Part shown: positions 1 through 10,680 of the stretch, in pieces | Layout of the letters: the number at the start of each line of letters is the position of its first letter | How positions within the stretch are numbered: position 1 is the first letter of the stretch | Source of the DNA: Octopus sinensis | Lineage: Eukaryota | Direction of reading: 5' to 3' | Assembly (NCBI RefSeq): GCF_006345805.1 | Contig: NC_043005.1 | Location: forward strand, 3,410,001 to 3,474,000 | Length of the DNA stretch: 64,000 bases | Translations under genes and position numbers: made by a program | Notes under the pieces: generated by a model | The model's input: only the letters and a program-made list of their open reading frames with translations | The model's database searches: none | What the model was told of the DNA's origin: nothing

Positions 1-292
1 ATTCTATCGGTCTCTTTTGCCGAACCGCTAAGTGACGGGGACGTAAACACACCAGCATCGGTTGTCAAGCAATGCTAGGGGGACAAACACAGACACACAC
101 ATACATACATATATATATATACATATATACGACAGGCTTCTTTCAGTTTCCGTCTACCAAATCCACTCACAAGGCATTGGTCGGCCCGCGGCTATAGCAG
201 AAGACACTTGCCCAAGATGCCACGCAGTGGGACTGAACCCAGAACCATGTGGTTGGTTAGCAAGCTACTTACCACACAGCCACTCCTGCGCC
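1..292 (-). mobile_element. tRNA-derived SINE family 1 (head GCAGGAGTGGCTGTGTGG, internal (TA)/(TG) microsatellite), truncated by window edge
   Basis: Reverse complement shows A-box-like TGGCTGTGTGG and B-box GGTTCAGTCC; near-identical copies recur throughout the window. Confidence 0.85.
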
Positions 293-325
<33 letters not shown>

Positions 326-376
326 TATACACACACACACACCACACACACACACATGTATATGTATATGTATGTA

Positions 377-425
<49 letters not shown>

Positions 426-492
426 ATATATATATGTATATATATATTTATATATATATATGTGTATGTATATATGTATATATCTATATATA
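293..492. repeat. Compound (TA)n/(CA)n/(TATG)n microsatellite
   Basis: Direct reading; source of the YIYI-type ORFs. Confidence 0.95.
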
Positions 493-1766
493 TTAGGTTG
501 GCCAAAAAGTCCGTTTTTTAGGTGAGAATCAAAACAAAGTAAACAATTGTGAAAAATGTATTTAATCAATACAATAGTTACCATTTGCTTCTATAACCTT
601 TCGCCACCTGTTGGGTAGATCTTTAATCCCCTGTTTGAAGAATTTAGGTTCTTTATTAGCAAAAAAAGTTTCCAAGAAAGTTTTCACGTCTTCATCAGAA
701 TTAAAATTTTTTCCATTCAAAGAATTTTGCAGTGACCGAAACAGATGGAAATCTGATGGGACCAGATCTGGAGAGTACGGAGGGTAAGGCAAAACTTCCC
801 ACTCAAGCTGCAGCAACTTCTGCCGAGTAATCAAAGCAGTGTGTGGCCTTGCGTTGTCATGGTGGAAAACAACACCTTTGCCATTCACCAGTTCTGGCTG
901 TTTTTGATGAAGAGCCGTGTTTAATTTATCAGTTGTTCACAATAAACCTCTGAATTGATGGTTTTATTCAAGGGAAGAAGTTCAAACAAGATAACACCCT
1001 TCCAATCCCACCATATCGATAATGGAACTTTCTTCGGATGAAGACCTGCTTTGGATGTTCGTTTTGGAGAATCCCCTGCTTTTTTCCATGATCTTCTTCG
1101 TTTCACATTATTGTAAACTACCCACTTTTCATCCCCAGTTACAATTCTTCTCAAAAAGGGTTCGTTGTTTTCCCTTTTCAGTAATGAATCGCAAATGGAA
1201 ACCCTCTGGACAAGATTTGCTTCTGTCAATTTATGGGGAACCCAAACATCAAGTTTAGAAACGTAACCAAGTTTATACAATTCATTTTCCACACTTGTTT
1301 TGGATATGTTAAGAATATCTGTGATTTGTCTGGTTGTAAGACTGCAGTCTTGTTTGACTACAGCTCTCAGTTGGTTGATGTCAATTTCTTTTTGCCGGTC
1401 AGAGCGAGGTGCATCTCTTACTGAAAAATTCCCTGATCGAAATCGAGCAAGCCGTTTCTGGAACACCTGTTCTGAAACAGCATTCTCTCCATACACATTG
1501 CATAACTTTCGGCAAGTTTCTGTTGCTTTCTTTTTCTGAAGTAAAAAAGCATAAGATGCCGATAGTGCTCCGCCTGGGCTTCCATGTCTAGGCTCAAATG
1601 CAATCAAACAAGTTGCAATCACTCTCCTTTGAGGCTTGTTACACACTGATGTAACCTTGGTCATTATACCGAATACAGTTTCTAAAGAAAAAGAATATCG
1701 GAACAGTGATTAGAAGACCGGACAGTTGATACTAAAAAAAATGAACGGACTTTTTGGCCAACCCAA
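493..1766 (-). mobile_element. Full-length mariner (Tc1/mariner, DD34D; mellifera-like)
   Basis: TIRs TTAGGTTGGCCAAAAAGTCCGTT / AACGGACTTTTTGGCCAACCCAA (1 mismatch), TA on both flanks (491-492, 1767-1768), 1274 bp. Confidence 0.95.
562..1585 (-). pseudogene. Mariner transposase with two single-base frameshifts
   Basis: N-term MEAQAEHYRHLMLFYFRK, WVPHKL, TGDEKW, HHDNARPH, YSPDLVPSD with 34 residues between the 2nd and 3rd Asp; split over three ORFs (breaks near 1530 and 930). Confidence 0.93.
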
Positions 1767-1796
1767 TATATGTATATATCTATATGTATATATATA

Positions 1797-2140
1797 ATCG
1801 TTACCAGCATCGCCTTACTGGCACTTGTGCTGGTAGCATGTGAAAAACAACATTCAAGCGAGGCCGTTGCCAGTGCCGCTGGAATGGCTCCTGTGCAGGT
1901 GGCACGTAAAAAAACACCATTTGAGCATGGCCGTTGCCAGTACTGCCTAACTGGCCCTCGTGCCGGTGGCATATAAAAGCACCCACTACACTCTGAGTGG
2001 TTGGCATTAGGAAGGGCATCCAGCTGTAGAAACTCTGCTAGATCAGATTGGGGCCTGGTGCAGCCACCTGGCTTGCCAGTCCTCAGTCAAACCGTCCAAC
2101 CCATGCTAGCATGGAAAGCAGTTGTTAAACGATGATGATG
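1797..2140 (+). mobile_element. 5'-truncated RTE-LINE 3' end (GC-rich modules, terminal hairpin, (ATG)n tail)
   Basis: Same 3' sequence as the RT-bearing copy at 20434-22438. Confidence 0.85.
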
Positions 2141-2496
2141 TAGTTTTGTTTCTGGAGTCCACCAGATCTGGAAACCTCGGGACATACTTAGATTGATAAA
2201 AAAATCGATAATATGGCTCCTGAAAGGGACCTTTATATCTATCTCATAACTAATTTTGAAAAAAACACCCAAGGGAAATAACCCATAGCACCTGTACAAT
2301 ATTTTTTTTAAACACTCAAGGGAAATAACCCATTTCACTGTTTATGTTCAGTTACTTTGAATATTGATTTTTTGTGTGTCCAATTTCTAATTTTTGCAGA
2401 CAATATCACTTGTATACTTTATTTGACATGTGGCATACTTAGATTGTTGAAAAACATCGATAATAGGGCACTTCCAATGGATCCTTCCATCTACTA

Positions 2497-3105
2497 CATC
2501 ATCATCATCATTTAACGTCCGCTTTCCATGCTAGCATGGATTGGACGGTTCAACTGGGGTCTGGGAAGCCCGAAGGCTGCACCAGGCCAGTCAGATCTGG
2601 CAGTGTTTCTACAGCTGGATGCCCTTCCTAATGCCAACCACTCCGTGAGTGTAGTGGGTGCTTTTTATGTACCACCGACACAGGTGCCAGATGAGGCTGG
2701 CGAACGGCCACGCTTGGATGGTGTTTTTTACATGCCACCGGCACAGGCCAGGCGAGGCTGGCACGGCCACGATCGGATGGTGTTTGTTACGTGCCACCAA
2801 CACGGAGGCCAGTCGATGCAGTACTGGCTACGGCCATGTTCGGATGGTTTTCTTATGTGCCACCGGCACTGGTACCACAAGTAGAGTTATGTGTCCCAAG
2901 AAGGAAGGTATGCACAGATGGACTGACTACGTCCCAGGTAGGGGCCATGGGTTATGGCCTCGCTTGTCCTGCCGGGTCTTCTCGCGCACAGCATACTTCC
3001 AAAGGTCTCGGTCTCTGGTCATTTCCTCGGTGAGACCTAAAGAGCGAAGGTCGTTCTTTACCACCTCATCCCAGATTTTCCTGGGTCTACCTCTTCTACA
3101 TATTA
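2497..3105 (-). mobile_element. 5'-truncated RTE-LINE 3' end
   Basis: (CAT)n tail at left, CCATGCTAGCATGG hairpin, module array. Confidence 0.85.
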
Positions 3106-4721
3106 CTAATATTTAAACAACCCAAGAGAAAAGCCCATACCAGCTGCAGATTTTAGCAAAGCGATCAATATTTGATTCTTATGATCAGCCAACCTAATTC
3201 TGCATTTCATTACTCAGTTTTGAACTGCTAAACATTATTATTGCACTTCCTTAATTTGAATTTTGAACATTAAAGACTTCATTCATACATTTCTATACAT
3301 ACATACTTTTTTGAATTCTGCATTTTTACAGTCACACGTTTTCCATGACAGTAGATAAATTTTTTATTTCACAACGTATTCCTAACATCTTTAAAATACG
3401 TTTCTAAACAGTGGCTTATTTTTGGTTGCAATCAGGTAATGCATTGCATTTTCCCCGACCAACTGTGACATGGTCAAGTGGTAGACCTGCCATCTTGTTT
3501 TTAAATCTTGTGTTAGGTATAGATGAGATTTTAGTTTTGAATCCGCTTAATTGTACACTGGCACATGTTGATCGAAAATCTCTTCATTTGCAGATAAGTC
3601 AGAGATTCTGATTGAAATAGTGGTAACAGACGAGATGACAATGGACTGAAATGTCTGGCAATATGAGGTTCTGGAAGTACTCTGTTCCACTTACATGTAC
3701 CATTTTTTCACACACTTTACCCCAATAAACCAAACTACCCCTCCTCTTCCTCGCATCTCTTCTTCATGCGCTATGCTTATCTTTCCCTCCCCTCTCCTGC
3801 AGCCCAATCCTTTCCTTCCTGCCAACTGCCATCCTGTCCTGCCCCCATACACCCAGGTTTTCCCAGTCACTCTATTCTCCCCCTCTTTTTTCATTCACAT
3901 GAATTACCTACTCATGTACCCTGGCCAATCCTCTACCACCCCCTTGATATTCACATCCTCACACCTTGAAAGTATGTCCTGGCACATTGCCACCATCTTT
4001 CTTGCTCCCCCCCCTTCTCTTTCTGATTGAGGTTACCAAGTCTCTTCTCTACAGCAAGACACCTGTTTCCGTCCCTCTGTCATACTCTAACCTCTCATCA
4101 CCTGGCACAAAGCCACCTCCTATCTTGACATCACCTGATGGTTGTAGATGAGTTGCTCCAGGATACAAGCAGAGTTGTTTATTTCCCGTCTTGTATTTCT
4201 GGCTATGGAAATATTAACCTTGTTTGGAAGCGGGTGGAGGTGAGTGTCAGGAAGGGCATCCAACTGTAGAAAATCTTCTTCGATAAATTTTTCAAACCCA
4301 TGCAAACATGGAAAAGTGGATGTTAAACAGTGACAAAACCACCCCCAGGTCCTTTGGATTTTGATCCTTTTTTTCTTTTTCTAGAATCAGTTGTGTTAAG
4401 GAATTCTTCTCATCATTGTCAGTCTTCCTGCAGTCGTTCCACATTGTTACACAACCGTTTGATGTGTTAGCAGAAAATATAAATTCAATTAGAAAAAATT
4501 GTTCAATGAATAAGTAATATTTCTTTGGCGTTAACAGAACTTTGTTACCAATATCCACATTGCATTTTTAAACTGATTTTCTAAAATTTAACTTGAAATA
4601 ACATGAATTTTTCTTGCCTTTTCCCAATACATTTGGTCCCTGTTAGTGCCTTCCTCATCTATTCATTCAACATATTCCACAATTTTCTTTTCAAAATGAA
4701 AAAACTGACTTTTTGACTGTG

Positions 4722-4865
4722 TTAAAAATTTTACTTCCCAACCACACGGTACCAGGTTCAATCCCACTGCTTGGCCCCCTTGGGTAAGTTTCTTCTACTC
4801 TAGCCTCTCAGTTTGACCAAAGCCTTGTGAGTGGGTTTGGTAGATGGAAACCTAAAGTAGCCTGT

Positions 4866-4904
<39 letters not shown>

Positions 4905-5098
4905 CTCACCATCACTTGTAAACCAGTGTTAGTGTGTTTACATCCCCATCACTTTGCAATTTGGCAAAGAGACTAATAGAATAAGTACCAGGCTTTAAAA
5001 AAAATAAGTACTGAGGCCAATTCACTTGACTGAAAGCTCTTCAATGCAGTGCCCCAGCATGGCCACAGTCTAATGTCTGAAACAAATAAAAGATATAA
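4722..5098 (+). mobile_element. SINE family 1 copy (diverged)
   Basis: B-box GGTTCAATCCC, internal (TA)(TG) tract, family-1 3' half. Confidence 0.75.
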
Positions 5099-5409
5099 GA
5101 AAAATTTACATGCTTTTCTTCTTAAATTTCTTGAATAAATAAATGTTCATAACTGTACAATTTGCTCCCAGAAAATGTCTTCATTATAACGACGAGATAA
5201 ACATTGGCAACTTTTGTCCCCTTTTCAAGTAAAATATTGATCCTGTTAAAAGGTGATATTGCCTTTAGCGACGCATTTTCCTGCAGGTGTTGTTTCAAAT
5301 ATTCTTGAACCATGGGGACATGTGACACATATACTTCCAGCAGGGGTTTTTGTGTCCAGCACTTCTGTCATCTTGACCCAACCCGTCAAATTCACAATAT
5401 CCCTTACTT

Positions 5410-5785
5410 TATCTTTTACTTCTTAGTCAGCTGAGTGTGGCCATACTGGGGCAGCACTGCATTGAAGAAGTTTAGTCAAATGGATCAACCCTGGTACTTA
5501 TTCTTTTTAAGTTTGATACTTATTCTGTCAGTCTCTTTTGCTGAACTGCTAAGTTATGAGGACATAAACATATCAACACTGGTTGTGAAGCAGTGAGGCT
5601 GGGGGACAAACACAGACAGAAAGACATGTGCACACACACATATACAACAGGCTTCTTTCAGTTTCCATCTACTAAATCCACTCACAAGGCTTTGGGTAAG
5701 TGTCTTTTATAGCAGATGACACTTGCCCAAGGTGTCATGCAGTGTGGCTGAACCTAGAACCATGTGGTTGTGAAGCAAGCTTCTT
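5410..5785 (-). mobile_element. SINE family 1 copy
   Basis: Reverse-complement match to family-1 head and tail. Confidence 0.75.
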
Positions 5786-6681
5786 TATTTCGTAAAAATT
5801 TGCCATGCAGGCATTGCACAGAGGGGACAAACGAGGACAGAGAAACATAAAAGGGTGAAGAAGCGTTGTCGATTAAAAGTTCTGTTTTAAATGAATGGTG
5901 AAATGCGATTAAAAATTGTGAAATTAAAAATCCAATGATTTCACATTGCCACATGCAATGTATCTTCTGAAGGAAAGGCACCCGCCCACCAGGGTAGAAC
6001 CTTTGCTTTTCTTCCAGGGCTCCACTTACCCGGTGCCACTCACTCCCAGCTTTCTTGCCACAAGCTTCCATCTTTTACCTATTCTCTCTCGTGACAGGTA
6101 CCTCTTCTGTAACCTGTTGGTAGCAATGCTTTTGTTATTCTGTAAATAATTCATGAAGATATAACTATAAATAGTTGTACAAAGACCATTTACATACGAG
6201 ATAGAAATACAACAGGTAACATATATAAGCAGTCACTGTTGTAGGTTAAGAGGTCTTCAACTTGTAATCAAACTGTAATCCATCTTGGCTTCTCAGCCCT
6301 ACAGCAATGAGTGTCTCAGCATATACATTACTCTCTCTCACACGCATGTGTGTGTGTGTATGTGTGTACGTATTGAGAGAGAGAGAGAGAGAGCAGATAG
6401 TCTACAGCATGTAGTCAAAAGGTGCTTGAAACAGGTATCCATTCTTTTCTTGTTTCTTTTTCCTTGCCTTAATCTCTTTTATTATGCCCCACTGTTCCAC
6501 TGAAACATTCTTCTGCTCCTTTCTTTTGACACACAGTTCACGGGGGGGGGGGGGGGCATTTTCTTTTTGTTCATTCTTTTGTTTACATTTTGTCCATTGC
6601 CTTTTGAATTTTAGTTTACCTCAAACTGCCTCTCTCTTTTCCTCCTCATTCTGTTTAGGCTGTTTACAAACATATATATGT

Positions 6682-7070
6682 GGAGGTGCAATGGCCCAGT
6701 GGTCAGGACAGCGGACTCGTGGTTGTAGGATCACAGTTTCGATTCCCAGACTGGGCGTTGTGAGTGTTTCTTGAGCAAAAACACTTAAAGCTCCACGAGG
6801 CTCCGGCAGGGGGGTGGGGGTGGTGGCAAACCCTGGCATACCCTTTCACCACAACTTTCTCTCTCTCTTCCTTTTTCTGTTTCTGTTGTACTTGTATTTC
6901 AAAGGACCAGCCTTGTCACACTCTGCATCACACTGAATCTCCTTGAGGACTACATTAAGGGTACATGTGTCTGTGGAGTGCACAGCCACTTGCCCGTTAA
7001 TTTCACAAGCAGGCTGTTCCGTTGTTCGGATCAACTGGAACCCTCATCGGCATAACTAACGCCATGCCAC
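6682..7070 (+). mobile_element. tRNA-derived SINE, head type 3 (GGAGGTGCAATGGCCCAGTGG) with tail X
   Basis: A-box TGGCCCAGTGG, B-box GTTTCGATTCC; 3' half shared with 23516-23812. Confidence 0.8.
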
Positions 7071-7442
7071 GATATATATATATATAATATATATATATAT
7101 ATCATATATATATACTAGCAGAGATACCCGGCATTGCTCAGGATTAAAGTGGCAGAGTTTTTAATTGTTTTACTTGTTTCAGTCATGTAAATGTAGCCAT
7201 GCTGGAGCACCACCTTTAGTTGAACAAATCGACCAAAGGATTTATTCTTTGTAAACCTAGTACTTATTCTGTTGGTGTCTTTTGCTGAACCACTAAGTTA
7301 CAGGGACTTAAACACAACATTGGTTGTCAAGCAATGGTGGGAGTACAAACACACACAAATATATACAGATATATGAGAGTCTTCTTTCAGTTTCTGTGTA
7401 TGAAAACTACTCACAAGGTTTTGGTTGGCCTGAGGCTTTAGT

Positions 7443-7675
<233 letters not shown>

Positions 7676-7903
7676 ATTATATAAAAGGGCTTAGTAAAAT
7701 AAATTACTTTGCCGCATACTGAACTCATTAGAAATAGCAGCTAAAAAACTTTTTTAAAGCTATTTCTAATACTTAACGAAAATCTCTTAACGAAAATTTT
7801 CGTTAAGTATTAGAAATAGCTTTAAAAAAGTTTTTTAGCTGCTATTTCTAATGAGTTCAGTATGCGGCAAAGTAATTTATTTTACTAAGCCCTTTTATAT
7901 AAT
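7676..7903. repeat. Perfect inverted repeat, 108-bp arms, 12-nt spacer
   Basis: 7676-7783 is the exact reverse complement of 7796-7903 (checked by hand). Confidence 0.93.
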
Positions 7904-8310
7904 GTAATAATTTGAATTCGCCTTGAATGGTCCCTTTGCATACTGAACACTTGGTGAAATTGATTAATAATTAATTAATTTTGCCCTCAATTGTTGAAAT
8001 TATATATATATATATATATATACATACATATATATATGCAGGTGTGGCTTTGTGGTAAGAGGCTTGCTTCTGAACAACATGGTGCTGGTTTCAGTCTCAC
8101 TGCGTGGCACCTTGGGCAAGTGTCTTCTACTATAGTGTCAGGCTGACCAAAGTTTCTGAGTGGATTTGGTAGATGGAAACTGAAAGAAGCCCATCGTGTA
8201 TATATATATAAACCCTCCTTCCCTTCTTTCCTGAGCGTCAAATAATACTTTAATTGTTCCATGTCCTCGCGTTGCTGTGTTTTTTCCTGTGTTTTCTTGT
8301 TTGGATTAAC

Positions 8311-8343
<33 letters not shown>

Positions 8344-8350
8344 GTATGTA

Positions 8351-8690
8351 TCTCTATATATATAAAACTGAGAATGTGTGTCTGTCTGTGTGTTTCCCTA
8401 AAACTTGAGAACTACATAACCAATTTCATTCAAATTTTACATATGCCTTACTTAGGGTCCATGTAGTTTCATGGGCAAAAAAAATGTTCAACTTCTTGCC
8501 TAGGGCGAGCCCATAGCAATATCATATCTTCTCCACTACGATTCCCTAAAACTTGAGAACTACACAACCAATTTCATTCAAATTTTACACATGCCTTACT
8601 TAGGGTCCATGTAGTTTCATGGGCAAAAAAAATGTTCAACTTCTTGCCTAGGGCGAGCCCATAGCAATATCATATCTTCTCCACTATTTC
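8351..8690 (+). mobile_element. Non-autonomous Helitron-like 5' segment containing a 148-bp-period tandem duplication
   Basis: A|TC start followed by TATATAAAACTGAGAATGTGTGTCTGTCTG, typical of Helitron 5' ends; 8394-8538 repeated at 8542-8686 with two T/C differences. Confidence 0.55.
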
Positions 8691-9049
8691 AGTATTATGT
8701 GTTAAAAGTGAAACAAAAACATTTCTCTATTTTATGTCAGATACTTTCACTTTAACAATAAAAATTAGAGATAATAATAAAAATTGAATTATATGTAGTA
8801 AGTAATAATTAAAATCAAACTAAAGTATAATATATTCGTAACATAACAAAAGTAAAAATAGCAATTGGTATAAAATTGCATCAATGACTTGAACTTGAAT
8901 AAGTGGTTTCTCATGAATGGGAATAAATTAAAAATAAAATTAGCATGCAGAAATGGAATAGTCCAGATGGAGGTGTGCACATACCGTTTACTACGGCTTT
9001 TACATTAGATTATCTGCTAATTAGCTAGCTTTAAGTATCTATATGAAGT

Positions 9050-9820
9050 TTGGCTGTATGTAATGTCTGTTTTCTCGAACAGCCGCTTCTACTGAGTACT
9101 GCTGTTGGTTTATTTCTTATACATAAAGGACTATAGCTTCAACTGATTGATAATCTATATATATATAAGGGAAACGTTGTTGTGTTGCATTTGTTAAATA
9201 ATTGTAAACTGTAACCCTCCCCCTTTGGGAGAAGGAGCTTCGGTTATTGTTTAAAATTTGAATTGTGTCCCTGTTTGGGGAAATTGACAATATTTTCACC
9301 GTTTACACGGAAGCATTTTTATTAGAATGCCTTCGATAGAAGAAAGTCCAAAAATGAATTTCGCTGCAGCCGTCGGCGGGCGCGAACTCATTAAAATTAA
9401 AATGGAAGAAATACAAACCTATTTCGGATTGATAACCAACAAAGACGGTGAGTCTAGGATAACACCACCAAACGAAATAAAAAATTAAATTAAAGAAAAG
9501 ACTATTGTCTATAAAGTATGCAATGTAGAGAAAAAAAAAAAGATTTGAACACCTGGAGGAAAGCACCATCGAAAAGTGTCTTGGTGCGACTATGAAAGAT
9601 ATCTAACCAGAGGCGGTAAATTCGGCACAATAGAGCCAAGGTTCGAGTCAACGGAGCGTGCAAGGGGGTACTCGACTCGAACCTTGCAAAGTGGAAATAT
9701 TTTATTTTTACCTTTAAAAATCTCCCCCCAGAAGTAGATGTAGGCTGGATTGTAGCCATACTTCTATACAAGAGGGAGGACAAGATACAATTGATCGAAA
9801 TTACAAGAAACGGGCCTACA
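9050..9820 (+). promoter_or_regulatory. CpG-rich non-repetitive region, probable promoter/first-exon region of the receptor gene
   Basis: Visibly dense CpGs (e.g. GCCGTCGGCGGGCGCGAAC) compared with the CpG-poor introns; strong donor CG|GTGAGT at 9447/9448. Confidence 0.45.
9327..9447 (+). other. Candidate first exon of the receptor gene (coding or uORF-bearing 5' UTR exon)
   Basis: Three in-frame ATGs (9327, 9354, 9402), open to a phase-1 GTGAGT donor compatible with the 14688 acceptor; peptide MPSIEESPKMNFAAAVGGRELIKIKMEEIQTYFGLITNKD lacks a hydrophobic core. Confidence 0.35.
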
Positions 9821-10217
9821 ATTCCAGTCTGTTATATATTTTGAGTATTGTTATCACTAGCGATATCAAGATATAACTTTGTATTTTGTATTTTATGTGT
9901 AGATGTATATATATATAGATGTACATGTAATATGTACACATATATACATGCACTAGCACTATGACCTGGCAATGACGGGTCATAATGCTAGCGTATGTAT
10001 ATATGTATGTATGTGTATATATTTGTGTGTCTGTGTTTGTCCCCCCAACATCGCTTGACAACCGATGCTGGTGCGTTTATGTCCGATAACTTAGCAGTTT
10101 GACAAAAGAGACTGATAGAATAAGTACTAGGCTTACAAAGAACAAGTCCTGGGGTCGATTTGCTTGACTAAAGGCTGTGCTCTAGCATGGCTGCAGTCAA
10201 ATGACTGAAACAAGTTA

Positions 10218-10442
10218 AACCATCCGTGGCCGTTTGCCAGCTCCGTCTGGCACCTGTGCGGGTGGCACATAAAAAGCACCCACTACACTCACGGAGTGGT
10301 TGGCGTTAGGAAGGGCATCCAGCCGTAGAAACACTGCCAGATCAGACTGGGCCTGATGCAGCCTTCTGGCCTCACAGACCCCAGTTGAACCGTCCAACCC
10401 ATGCTAGCATGGAAAGCGGACACTAAATGATGATGATGATGA
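10218..10442 (+). mobile_element. RTE-LINE 3' end
   Basis: Terminal hairpin and (ATG)n tail. Confidence 0.85.
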
Positions 10443-10444
10443 AA

Positions 10445-10680
10445 GATAAGGAAATAACTTATTCTCAAACACATGATAATGCTAATAATATAGCAACATC
10501 GAAAAATAGCTTAGGAATGAGAACCCAGGTTCGAAATTTCCCTAACACACCTGATGAAGGCTGGAAGTTAGATCAGCCAAAATGTTGCGATAGCAACAAA
10601 CAAGATGAGGACAAATATCCGTCAATTGTAAATAATGTAAATAATTCCTCATCTCTTAAATATAGATCTGAAACACAAAG
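10445..10680 (+). mobile_element. Penelope-like element remnant with decayed hammerhead ribozyme motif
   Basis: CTGATGA-A-GGCTG-(10 nt)-CAGCC-AAAAT at 10551-10583, the layout of minimal PLE hammerheads. Confidence 0.55.

Noticed and set aside
3106-3210. Minus-strand 34-aa ORF with ILIALLKSAAGMGF, faintly like ribosomal L33
   Set aside because: Too short, no downstream L33 motifs, no supporting exons
3412-3435. Possible 24-nt phase-1 microexon (AAACAG|...CAG|GTAATG)
   Set aside because: Such site pairs are expected by chance; no homology or upstream coding exon
6682-6760. tRNA-like A/B boxes as candidate tRNA genes (all SINE heads)
   Set aside because: No cloverleaf or acceptor stem; continuous with SINE bodies
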